Below, one piece after another: positions 40,641 through 50,763 of a DNA stretch of 64,000 nucleotides. Under the pieces are notes generated by a model that was not told the DNA's origin, ran no database searches, and was given only the letters and a program-made list of their open reading frames with translations. The stretch lies in assembly GCA_047495785.1 (NCBI GenBank), contig JBLDXI010000021.1, positions 1,922,001 through 1,986,000 on the forward strand. The letters run 5' to 3'. Each line of letters begins with the position of its first letter. Within the stretch, counting starts at the first letter, position 1. The DNA is from Lepidodermella squamata (lineage: Eukaryota; Animalia; Gastrotricha). Both the position numbers and the translations under genes were made by a program.

Positions 40641-41652
40641 TTTTTTACCGTTCCCGGAACGCACCGAAATGCCGGCACAAAAGGCAAGTATTGTAACAAA
40701 AATAATAAACCTAAAATTTTGGCAGGTTATATTTCCAAGTGCATAAAGTTTGGTTGTACTACAACGTTTTTGGTAAACAAGGTAGCCTTGCATAATACTA
40801 TAACCACGAGCTACACCGCAGCTCTGTCCACCGTGTGAGAGTGTGTAGCAATGTAAAAAGTGGGAATGGTGTCGCCTCGACACATACCTACTGTGTTATT
40901 ACACGAGGCGACAAAGGTAAAAATATACAGTTGGTGAACACCCCGGAAAACGGTGCGGCATGGTGGGATAAATCGTGGTCGCCACACCTCGCAATAAGCT
41001 TAAACACCGTTCTTTTAGTAGGTAGTTGAAAAACGCTTGAAAATCCCGTGTGATTATTAGCTTTGATGAGATAAGCCATCATGAATTTTCCATTATATTC
41101 TTCGACGAGCCGGCAGTGCATTTGAATCAAGCTAGGCTAACGAGCTACAAGGCGTGAAGGTGGTTGGGCAAGTAACACCACCTCCCCCGTCGTCATCATC
41201 ATCATCTTGCCGGCTACTTTTCGTGTAATTTTGTACTACAATCACGTTTATTCCATGTTATCGCTGTAGAGCAATTTTAAGGTAGCCAAGCTTAAATAAG
41301 GTGTCGCGATTGTGTGGGCGGCTCAGGGCATAGGTCTATTAGGATCATTAAAGAGATGGTCACAAGATTATGAAGCTCAATGTTAATGTGAAAAAAACGC
41401 CTTAGAAACCGCAGTGAGAAAGTTGTTATACAAAATGCACCGCAAAAAAATGCAGCGTTCTTGAAAAAATCGTTGAGTAAACAGTTGGGTCATGACCTTC
41501 AAACGCTCGACAGAGCACGAGCCGGTCACTTCGAAGCTAAAACAAGCAACACCTAATGCGAAAAATCTGTTTTGTAACCACACGTTCGCAGAAAAACTCG
41601 TCGTTCAAAGAAAATAAAAGTTTATTAAACTTCAAATTTGAACCTAAAATTG

Positions 41653-42383
41653 TCACAGTTGCGGCCCAAAATAAGGGCAATACTCAGTTTCAAATTCATC
41701 GAAAGACGGGGCTTGCGGCAATCGCCTTAGAAATAGTCGCTGTGGAGTTGCCTGGGCCTGATTCACTTCTCGCACAACCTGGTAGTAATGACAATCGCGA
41801 CCAGGCGGGTTGTACGGCGGGAATAATACGTCGAAAAACGCGACACCGCCTTCACTGCTTTCATTCGTAATTTCGTGGTAGTTGAACTTGGTTGGTTCAA
41901 CTTTTACCACAGACGCATCGCCAGCAGTCGCCATTAGGTTTTTTATTTCAGATATCGGCAAAATTGTGGGGTTGCTAACAGGCTCATCGGTTTTAGCATC
42001 GATTTGGACTACTTTTGCTGTTCCGTGAATTATCTAAGGGAATTGGTCATGAATAAGGCAATTTGCATATGAAGGCGACATACTTTGATGAGACCGGTAA
42101 TTCCAGGATGGTCGTGTAATGGTATCACCGAGTGGCGATATCGAAGGTAGAATATGCTCATGCTAACTACAGGATTTTCAAAAACCGGGATGAAAATAAC
42201 CGGAGGTGGTTTTACCCCAGGCTGCCGATGGCTATCAACATATTGCTCGGCTTGTTTCGGCTGAAAATGCAGACATTCCGCGGTTACACTCGAGACCAGC
42301 CGTGTTAGGTCAGATAACGCGGCCTCGGTGAAAACCCCACCTCTTTGCACAATCGTCGAGATGATACTCGATAACACAGTCAT
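41653..42383 (-). CDS. ADO: 2-aminoethanethiol (cysteamine) dioxygenase, PCO/ADO family
   Basis: IPLHDHPGITGLIK cupin motif, NYHEI, FFDVLFPPY..RDCHYY, C-terminal YFGP; one small intron at ~42035-42084. Confidence 0.93.
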
Positions 42384-42493
42384 AATCAGATCTATAACAG
42401 GTTTTTGATGAAAAATCAGTCGAACAAAAAAGGTCAATCCAAAACAGCTTTATTAAATAAAATTTGTTGCACATAATGATTTTTGAGCTATTA

Positions 42494-44794
42494 CTATTTT
42501 CTTCCGGATAACAACTTGAGAGCTAGATCTTCGTCGTCCCTCGACACCACGCACCGCCGTTTCGCTTTGCCCGGCGATTCGTCCTCATCTTCATCCTCGT
42601 CATTCTCCACGCCGTCGTAATCGCTGTCTCCACTCGGCCGACCGCCGTCATCGCCGTCGCTTTCTTCGTCAGACCCAACAACCTGACCACCCATGTCGTA
42701 ATCTTCACTGCCACTTTCATCGTGTTCGCCTTCCGAGTAGCTCTCAACGTCTTCGCCAGATTCGCCAGAATCGCCCTCTTCGTCACCTTCCTCGTCTTCC
42801 TCGCCGAGAGTCGCCCCAGTGCCGTCTTTTTGCCGCTGCAATTCACGTTTACGCTCCTTTTCCGCCCATCGTTTGCGCCGATGTTCAGCCTTGATTCGCT
42901 CACGCCACAACTTCTTGTCCTTTTCATCCATTTTCTCGAGTTTCTTCTTCGCCTTTTCAAAATCGAAAACACCGCCAGATTCCAGATCACCCGCATCGCT
43001 CTCATCTTCAGGCTTATCTGCTTCATTTTCCGCGGCTTGTTCATCTTCATTTTCAGAATAAGTGACTCGTTTATTAAGCTGGATGCCCTTCCTCAACGCC
43101 TTTTTAGCCTCGCCAATTTTGCTAACAAGCTTTGGCTTACGAGATGGAATTTCCAGTTTTTCTTCCTCCTCTTCACCAGAATCACCGGCAATTGGTTCAA
43201 CTTTGCCCTTTGGAACAAGTAGATCGTCATCGTTACCGACGTCGAAATCTATAGCACTGAGTCGTTTGCTGTCGGCAACGTCCTTTTCTTGTTGTTTCTC
43301 AGTTTTCTTGACCTGTTTCTCGGTTTTCGACGACTTACTGCTGAACGTGATGAGTGGAGCCGCAGACAAGCCGAGAGATCGCGCAAATTTTTCCAAATCG
43401 ATAGCCGACGTGTCGAAGACGGTTTTATCAGACATGAGGAAAGTTGACCTCATGTAGGCGACAAACGCCCGCTGCGCCCGTTCTTTGATCGGAATCTCCG
43501 CCGCACACAACGCCTGCAGTTTCGCATCGATATTCCACACCTGTTTCGGGTTGGTTTTTATCCCGTTTACAGGGACGCGGCGTTTTTCTAAATGTTGCAA
43601 CATCGCCTTTTCAGATGGAAGCAGCATTAGCAAGGCCTGGCCGCCCTTCTCGAATCTAGCCGTTCGACCAACCCGGTGGATGTAGGATTCGGCGGAGTCC
43701 GGGCAGTCCATTTGAACGACCCAGTTGATACCCGGGAAGTCAAGACCCCGAGCAGCCACGTCAGTCGCCAGCAGAACACCGCGTTGTTTCTGGCAGAAAT
43801 TTTGGTAAATTCCGATTCGCTTCATTTGGCTCATATCGCCGTGAAGTGCAGTGACGGGCGTACCGGGTCGGAATTTGCAGAACACGGCATAAATAAATTT
43901 AACCTGCTTGCACGTCGAGACGAAAACCAGCGTTTTTGATTGCAGATGCGTTTTAATGAAAGAGAACAAAATATTGAGCTTGTCGTTAATTTCGCAAATA
44001 ATGTAACTCTGCCGAAGATCGTCTGGGGTGCTGTGCTCACTCAGCTCATGAGCCGAGACAAAAACAGGGTTCTGGAGGCTCAACCTCGCTAAATCATTCA
44101 GCGATTTCGTTTGGGTGGCTGAGAACAGTAGAGTTTGCCGGTCATTCGGCAGATTTTCGATGATAATATCCATATCGCGTTTGAAACCCATGTCCAACAT
44201 TCGATCAGCCTCGTCGAGAACTAACAGCTGTAGATTAGTCAACTCGAAGTTGTACGTTTCTTCCATGTGCTGCTTCAAACGACCAGGCGTGCAAATGATG
44301 ATATTGGTTGTTCGGATTTGCTGACTCTCCTCTTTCAAACTTTTCCCGCCAATGACAACGCCGGCTGAAAATGAATGGTATTTGCCGATTGAACGAAGAA
44401 CTTCGAAAATCTGAGCGGCCAATTCGCGAGTGGGTGTCACTACCAGCACGCCGCAGCCGTCGAAGTGACTCCACGATTTCGTGAAAAGCTTCTCGAGGGC
44501 CGGGATTAGGAATGCCATAGTTTTACCCGAGCCGGTTTTAGCTGCACCCAGAATATCAGCGCCCTTCAGCGCCAAAGGGATCGCTTGCTTCTGAATATTT
44601 GTCGGAGTAGTGAACGAAGCTTCATTCAGTCCACGTAATGTTTTAGCACTAATCGGCATATCAGCGAAAGTTTTGCAAACACTAGCGTCAAATGAGCTAT
44701 ATGAGGCTTGCAACCGCGCTATTTCGGAGTTCTCTTGCATCGCACGCTGTTTGCTCAGCGACATGTTTTGTTGCGCCTTGTTGAATTTAGGCAT
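42494..44794 (-). CDS. DDX10: DEAD-box RNA helicase DDX10/Dbp4, intronless
   Basis: GAAKTGSGKT, PTRELA, DEAD, SAT, ARGLD, YIHRVGRTAR, AQRAFVAYMRS and an acidic tail; ATG at 44794. Confidence 0.95.
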   Translation of the reverse strand: MPKFNKAQQNMSLSKQRAMQENSEIARLQASYSSFDASVCKTFADMPISAKTLRGLNEASFTTPTNIQKQAIPLALKGADILGAAKTGSGKTMAFLIPALEKLFTKSWSHFDGCGVLVVTPTRELAAQIFEVLRSIGKYHSFSAGVVIGGKSLKEESQQIRTTNIIICTPGRLKQHMEETYNFELTNLQLLVLDEADRMLDMGFKRDMDIIIENLPNDRQTLLFSATQTKSLNDLARLSLQNPVFVSAHELSEHSTPDDLRQSYIICEINDKLNILFSFIKTHLQSKTLVFVSTCKQVKFIYAVFCKFRPGTPVTALHGDMSQMKRIGIYQNFCQKQRGVLLATDVAARGLDFPGINWVVQMDCPDSAESYIHRVGRTARFEKGGQALLMLLPSEKAMLQHLEKRRVPVNGIKTNPKQVWNIDAKLQALCAAEIPIKERAQRAFVAYMRSTFLMSDKTVFDTSAIDLEKFARSLGLSAAPLITFSSKSSKTEKQVKKTEKQQEKDVADSKRLSAIDFDVGNDDDLLVPKGKVEPIAGDSGEEEEEKLEIPSRKPKLVSKIGEAKKALRKGIQLNKRVTYSENEDEQAAENEADKPEDESDAGDLESGGVFDFEKAKKKLEKMDEKDKKLWRERIKAEHRRKRWAEKERKRELQRQKDGTGATLGEEDEEGDEEGDSGESGEDVESYSEGEHDESGSEDYDMGGQVVGSDEESDGDDGGRPSGDSDYDGVENDEDEDEDESPGKAKRRCVVSRDDEDLALKLLSGRK

Positions 44795-44880
44795 TTTCAA
44801 AATTTAACAAAAATCTATATGAAATAATTAGGCAAATTTGTCAAGAAGCCAAACAAAATATATTCCTTTGAAGCAATAGA

Positions 44881-47800
44881 TCACGAAATTAGTCGAGTAA
44901 CAACATTGAAAATACTCGAACTGCCTGAATTCGAAATCTTCTGTTCTTCAGTGTGAACCAAAAACATGGGCGAATAGCGGATTCGCTCGTCAAGTAGCGC
45001 CAAAGGAGAACTTGCATTGTTGTAATTGAAATCACAACCGTCGGTTACAGCAGCAGCGGCTACAGAGGCGAGATACTCGCTACTCCAGGCTAGATCAACA
45101 GCATTTCTCAGCGCAATAGTTGCTTCTTTCAGCGCGTCTAATAAACGCTTCAAGGAGTTGGTTTTCGCAGCGTAGAGATTGGTCGATTCGAGAATTAGAA
45201 TCGCAAGTTGACAGATTTCTTCAACGTCCTTACGCCAGCCGGGTAATCGGTCCCTAGCGTAGACGGTTAGTCGCTCCATAATAGCGAATCGCTCACTCGG
45301 CGAGCCTGGTCTCAACCGCCATCGTGAAGCTGATTGGCGAGACGAGCGAGATGAAGTCGACCGAGATGAACCTCGAGAAGTTGTCGACCTGACAGCGGTT
45401 GATGCTGTTGTCGATGCAGCTGCGACGCTCTCAGCGCCATCATCAGCCACGGCTAGATCTGCGTCGCCGTAGGGAAACGCCGTGATAGCTTGTCTGGTAT
45501 TGTCAATAGTGATCAGCCGATCGGCAAATTCCTTCAGCTCTGTCGTTGCCTCGCCAAGAGAGCCGATTTGTTGATCAATCAATTGGATGAAGTCAGGTTC
45601 GAGAATTGAGCGAATTTCATGCGATGTTTTTGACATCTTTGTGGACAGCTGTAAAATGATTAGTGAAACATGAAATAAAAGAAATGATATCGCCTCACCA
45701 GTTTGTAGGCATTTGCGAAGTCATGACCGCTAGTATAGGACTGGAGCGCAGTCTCGTAATCGCCGAGAATTCGCTCGTAGATATGGCCAGCGGATGTGAA
45801 GTCGTTTGACTCAAATGCAGCTTCGGCCGCGTCTCTGCAAGGATTGACTTCGTCATCGTCCCCCTTAAAGCTCGCAGGAATCACAGGTTGCTTGATACGA
45901 CACGCCGCGATAGCAGCCAGTTCCCAGGAATGATTTCGGCTGAAATGAAACATAGCCTCTTCGTAGAGTTCGACTCTCAAGGCGCAAAGGCCAGCTTCCA
46001 GGTAACGCCGTTCCGATGCGAGCCTCTCGATATAGGTTACCCATAGCGTACGTTGTTTGTCAGCACTATAATTTTCAGAATCTTGCTGTTCAGCCAATTT
46101 AGCGGCTAGTTGTAACATTTTTGGTTTCTCGGCGATTACAAAATTGAACAACTCCTCGAAAAACCGCTCGCCAGCCTCAATTAAATGGAGAACTGCCGCT
46201 TCATTCCGACCGATTCTCCGATCAATGCGGTATTTCCGATAAGCAATCGGTTGAAAATGCGAAAAATCAGTCAGCTCCTGGCGGTATTCACGCGGGTCTT
46301 TCTGCGTTCGTTCAGCCACAGTCAAAGCTAGGTCCAAATCATAAGTTCCAAGTGCGACATCGTAAAGATCGTTGACATCAGCCAAACGAGCCAAGTGCTT
46401 CAAACCATCATCAAGCAGTCGACTTCTCTGCTGCGGGTTCTTTTCGCTCAACGTTTTCAAATAAGAAACGGCATCTTCTAAATTGGCGCCAAGATTACGC
46501 TTTGCATAACAGGTTAAAGTAGCCAGATAATAGGCTTTTTCGTCCAGTTTCTTCAACGTATCCGCCAACAAATCACAGACTCGGTCAATTTTGTAGGTTG
46601 TTTTCGGCCCGTCTGACACGAATTTTTTCAACTTCATTTCCGGCTTCTTGTTGATTTTCGAAATACTTGCCAGCGATGGGTACAGCGTATCGACAACATT
46701 TTCATCCAAAAGCTCCAAAATGAACAAATTCAAGTTATCAGCCGTGGCAAGTTGCTTGCAAAAATTTTCAACGTTAGCTTCGAAATCGGTTGGATTCAAG
46801 TCGTAAATGAAATTCAGACTAACTCGGTGTTTCAAGCATGTTTCAAAAGCTTTGCGATAAGCCTTTCTATCATTAACGCTTTTGATCACCGATTCGAGAA
46901 GTAACGGACGTGGATGGATTTTCTCGATATTACCGCGCGGCATTTCCAAGTGGCAAGAACCATCCCCAAGGGTATCCATCGCCACGACCATAGCCCCTCG
47001 TTCCACCGGTCGAGTCACTAACGCTTGAAGAGGGGTACTAGGCCCTGAGGTTACGTCAACAAACCACGAGTACAACTCATCGACAGCGCCAGCGGCTAGC
47101 GGTAAGAAGTAAACTCGATGTTCCGTAGTAGTGAACACCAAAAACCGCTCATCCAGGGCGAACGAAGTAGCAGTGGCCGACAGCTGATGACGGCCGAGAT
47201 AGAGCGAGCCTCCGAAAACCGGGTTAACCAGGCCGATGGCAACCTTTCGGTCTAAAATGTTGGCCACCGCGATTTGTGAGCAACGGCGAGGAAATTGAGC
47301 TTGGTCGAACGGATCAGCCGTCATTGTTTCCAAATCGAATTTCATCAATTTCCCATTTTCCAGCTCAAAGAGGCAAAACACGCCATCAGGATCGACGCAG
47401 CTACTAACAATAGTGCCTTCTACGTGGACTTGGTTCGGTTTTGAATCTTCGACCAATGGCAGCAAAACATGAATAAAAGAAGAATTTGTGTCGGCGGTGG
47501 TGACGTATATAGCAGTAAGTCTATCCGAGCTTCCAACCAAGTTGAAACACCTCAAACCGTCAATTTGTGCACAGTTGAATTCTTTCAACAAATTGGGCTC
47601 ATTTTCAAGTTTCCGATAGTCGTATTCGAAAATTGAGCCAGATCCAGACGATGTGATTACACAGAAGCGTGACATAGGAACTTTACATGACTTGTCTACA
47701 GCGAAAGCAACTGCCGTTATGTTTTCAGACATTTTGCACTGAACGTGAGACATCGGTGGAGGTGGTGAACACAACTTGTAAGGGGTTAGAAGAAAACTCG

Positions 47801-49249
47801 AGCCATCCAAAACTCCACTACAATTGTGTCTGTTATCTCGGCTTACGCACCAACCCCATTCAAAGACTCGAACCGAGCTAGTCAGGCCAACGTAAAGTCG
47901 ATATGGTTTATCCGATCCGTCTAACCATATCCTGCTGAAACTGTCGATGGGAAACGTCAATGTTTGCTTCAGATACCAATGGTAATTCGAGGTGGTGTAA
48001 ACGAGAACTATTAGTTAAGACGAGAAATGACAGCCTAATTTCCATTTGGCATTGGAGTGAGGGCAACTTACCATAAGTAAACTTAGGATTGATGATGTCC
48101 TCACAAGTCACGTAAATCAATTTGCCATCCGAGTTGCAGCAAATTTCCGATATTTTAATTGCTTCACTTGCGTACGGTAATTCGAATTCGCCACGCCTCA
48201 GTCCATTTTTCTCGAAAAACACAATTTTCGCATTGCTGCCAGTGATTTGACAAGATGTTGCGATAAGGCCACCGACGGAATAAGGCCTCCACGTTAAGGC
48301 TTGTCCTCTTCCCGGTGAAGGCTCCATAACTGAAAAAAGTGATGAGCTTCTGTTATACACTCTAAAATCACGACAGCCAGTAATCGGGTTGACAAAGCTG
48401 ACGACAAAATATTGACCATCGGGGCGCCATGAAATTCTAAAGGCACGGTCGTCGAAGGGATGTGCCGGCGTTGATTGCTAATACAAATGTATTGATATTG
48501 CCACGGGAAACAAATGATTTGTTCAAACCTGGCGAGTTGCGAAAGCAGCGCTCTTCCCTTCAGAGGCATGAAACTGAGTTTCCTTTTTACCCCATCCTAC
48601 AGACACAGCTGTAGATTCTGGTCTCTCATCTTCAGTGATTAATGGTTTTTCGACAATTGTATCCAGTTTGGATGTGATCAACATTAGTTGTGGATTATTA
48701 GCCGCAGTAATCTAGAGGAAATCCACTCAATTTTAAGATAATTATCAGCGTTATTTCAAATCACCAGTGCACATATATCTCCATCCGGAGACCAAGATGC
48801 AGCGGCAACGCCTTCATCGAGCTTTGCAGCCTCGTCAATCTGTCGCCAACAGGTTATTGTAGAGTTGACATTTCAAAAATGGGACCTACGTGGATTTTAT
48901 CGGCAGCGGGGAAACGAACCACATAAAAGTGTCCGTCTCTAGTGATTAGCACGGCGCTCGCATCATTCTCCTCAATGTAGCGGAATTCAACAACATTCGA
49001 GTCTCTCAGAATATCGCAATGATTAGGCGCCGTCAGCAACTGAAAACAACGACATCAACAACACTATGTGGACAAGATTGTAAATTTTGCGTCTGCTACC
49101 TTGAATGTGCTGCGGTCAACGACACCGACACCTTCATTGCCAGACAAAAAGAATAGCCTATCTCCAATAGCATCAAAGGTGCAACCTGAGACCTTTACGT
49201 TCGATTGAAGATTAAGCTTAAAGCTGGCTTCCAGGCATATATTTTGCAT
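44881..49249 (-). CDS. ELP1: Elongator complex protein 1 (IKAP/IKI3), multi-exon
   Basis: MQNICL start, FFEKNGLRRGEF, PPPMS, RPVERGA, LEMPRGNIEKIHPRPL, LYDVALGTYDLDLA..AERTQKDPREY, C-terminal basic region ending LRPGSPSE. Confidence 0.96.
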
Positions 49250-49499
49250 AATTAGAAGCAACAATTAAAATCCTAAAATCAAAGGAATGGTTCGGTGCAG
49301 AATTCAGGCATGATAACTGTCTTTCTTTCGCCTTTCGTCTTTCAGCAGATGATCGCAAGATGGTTGTTGCTGAAAAAGCAGCATTAGACGATCTGCTTTC
49401 ACTAATCAATGCCATCAACTTATCCGCGATGGATTTAACCATTCTTCAATTATTCACTCACCTTTTCCATGCGTTCTAAGCATGGTTTCACAACACAGC

Positions 49500-49731
49500 T
49501 CTCATTGGCAGAGCGATTTCACTCCTCCGATCTCCGATTGCGACAAGGGCTTCGCCTCTAAACAGGCAGCTACGTCACGTGCCGCAGTGGCAGATTTTTG
49601 GATTTTAGCGCGCAACAAAATTTAAAATTGTCAAAAACTGTTTATTTTTAACAATTAAATGTGTTGAAGTAATCATTTATTTTTATTGTGAGGAACTCAA
49701 TTTTGAATTTTCCGTTGGCGCCAGACAGCTG
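49500..49731. promoter_or_regulatory. Putative bidirectional promoter between the ELP1 and cyclin A clusters
   Basis: Divergent genes; splice donors face outward (~49461 on minus, 49732 on plus); ACGTCACGTG (CRE/E-box), TTTAGCGCGC and TTGGCGCC (E2F-like), TTTGAA (CHR-like). Confidence 0.5.
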
Positions 49732-49749
49732 GTGAGAGGTGCGTACACG

Positions 49750-50416
49750 GTGTACCTTTTTACAGTCAAGACTACCTTAGAAGTGCGATGGCATCACTCT
49801 TGGATGCTTTTAGCCTAAGGTATTTGTGGTGCGACTTTCGATTTTCCAGCATCTGACACGGATAAACCCGCAGCCACAGCTTAAGGGCGCGTAGACGTGA
49901 GTGACCATAGTCCTCTAAAGGTCGGAACGCACATAGGACAGAGGAACCAACATCTAAATCGTTTGTTGTCATCCTCAGTCAGGCCCGGTTGTAGGCGTTC
50001 AGCAGAAGGGCTGTGCAGCCAGTACAATCCTCTCGGATGCTTGTCGGACTAGCCACTACGCTGACCTTTTGGTCATGCTGTTGAGTCGTTCGCGGCTCCT
50101 GGCTCGTCACTACCCTACCCTACCTAGGCGGAAGCCTACCTAATTGTGGGAAATTGCGCTATGGTGGCTGCTATCGAAAGATGACTGCTAGTCAACTACT
50201 GGGTAGTTGGCAGCCGGTTGAGCAATAGTACATAGTTGATTCGCAGTTGGCCATCGATCTCGGCCATATCTGTGCAGGATAGTAGGCTACATTGGACCTT
50301 CCGTGATCGGTGATGTATTGGAAAAACGAGCAACCTTTCATATTCTGACTGTCTTATCTAAACCACTTCACGGTGCGGAGGTTCAGGAGTTACGAGGAAG
50401 TCAGGGGTACACAATT
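49750..50416 (+). ncRNA. Large structured non-coding RNA in the inferred 5'-UTR intron of cyclin A; H/ACA-like 3' end; telomerase RNA candidate
   Basis: GC-richer island with no credible ORF and more than 12 helices found by eye; GGAA, GAAA and UUCG tetraloops on the + strand; 3' hairpin followed by ACA; ANANNA at 50324-50329; lies between donor GTGAGA (49732) and acceptor TTTAG (50749). Confidence 0.6.
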
Positions 50417-50763
50417 TTCCATCCTCTGTTCTAAACAGAATACCTATTTACCAAGTTTACCAATAGCTTCGAGCTTGTTAGATAGATATTTGAGTCAATA
50501 TCCCGCAGTAAACAAGAAGTAAACCCAAACCAGCATCACTTGAATCTACAATTATATTTGATGGATGTTTAGCACATCTTCGGCTGTTCAACCTTCCCCA
50601 CAAGCTCTTGTTGTCAATATGTTTTAGGATATCTAATATAGAATGAAACTCTTGTTACACTTTACACTGCTTACATTTATATCTATGGATATAGATGCTA
50701 AAGATGTCATGAAAACAAGTTACTAATTGTCTATGTATTCCCTATTTAGACTAATTTGGCTGG

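Noticed and set aside
42523-44807. Multiple antisense and alternate-frame ORFs over DDX10, and similar ones over other GC-rich genes
   Set aside because: Shadow ORFs arising from the codon bias of the real CDS
49768-49913. Group I intron-like words (AGACTA, ATAGTCC, AACCCGCAGCCA) in the structured RNA
   Set aside because: Their order does not match P-Q-R-S, and the segments fit simple local helices better
49772-49972. 66-aa minus-strand ORF over the structured region
   Set aside because: Short, no recognisable motif, and the tetraloop polarity favours a plus-strand RNA
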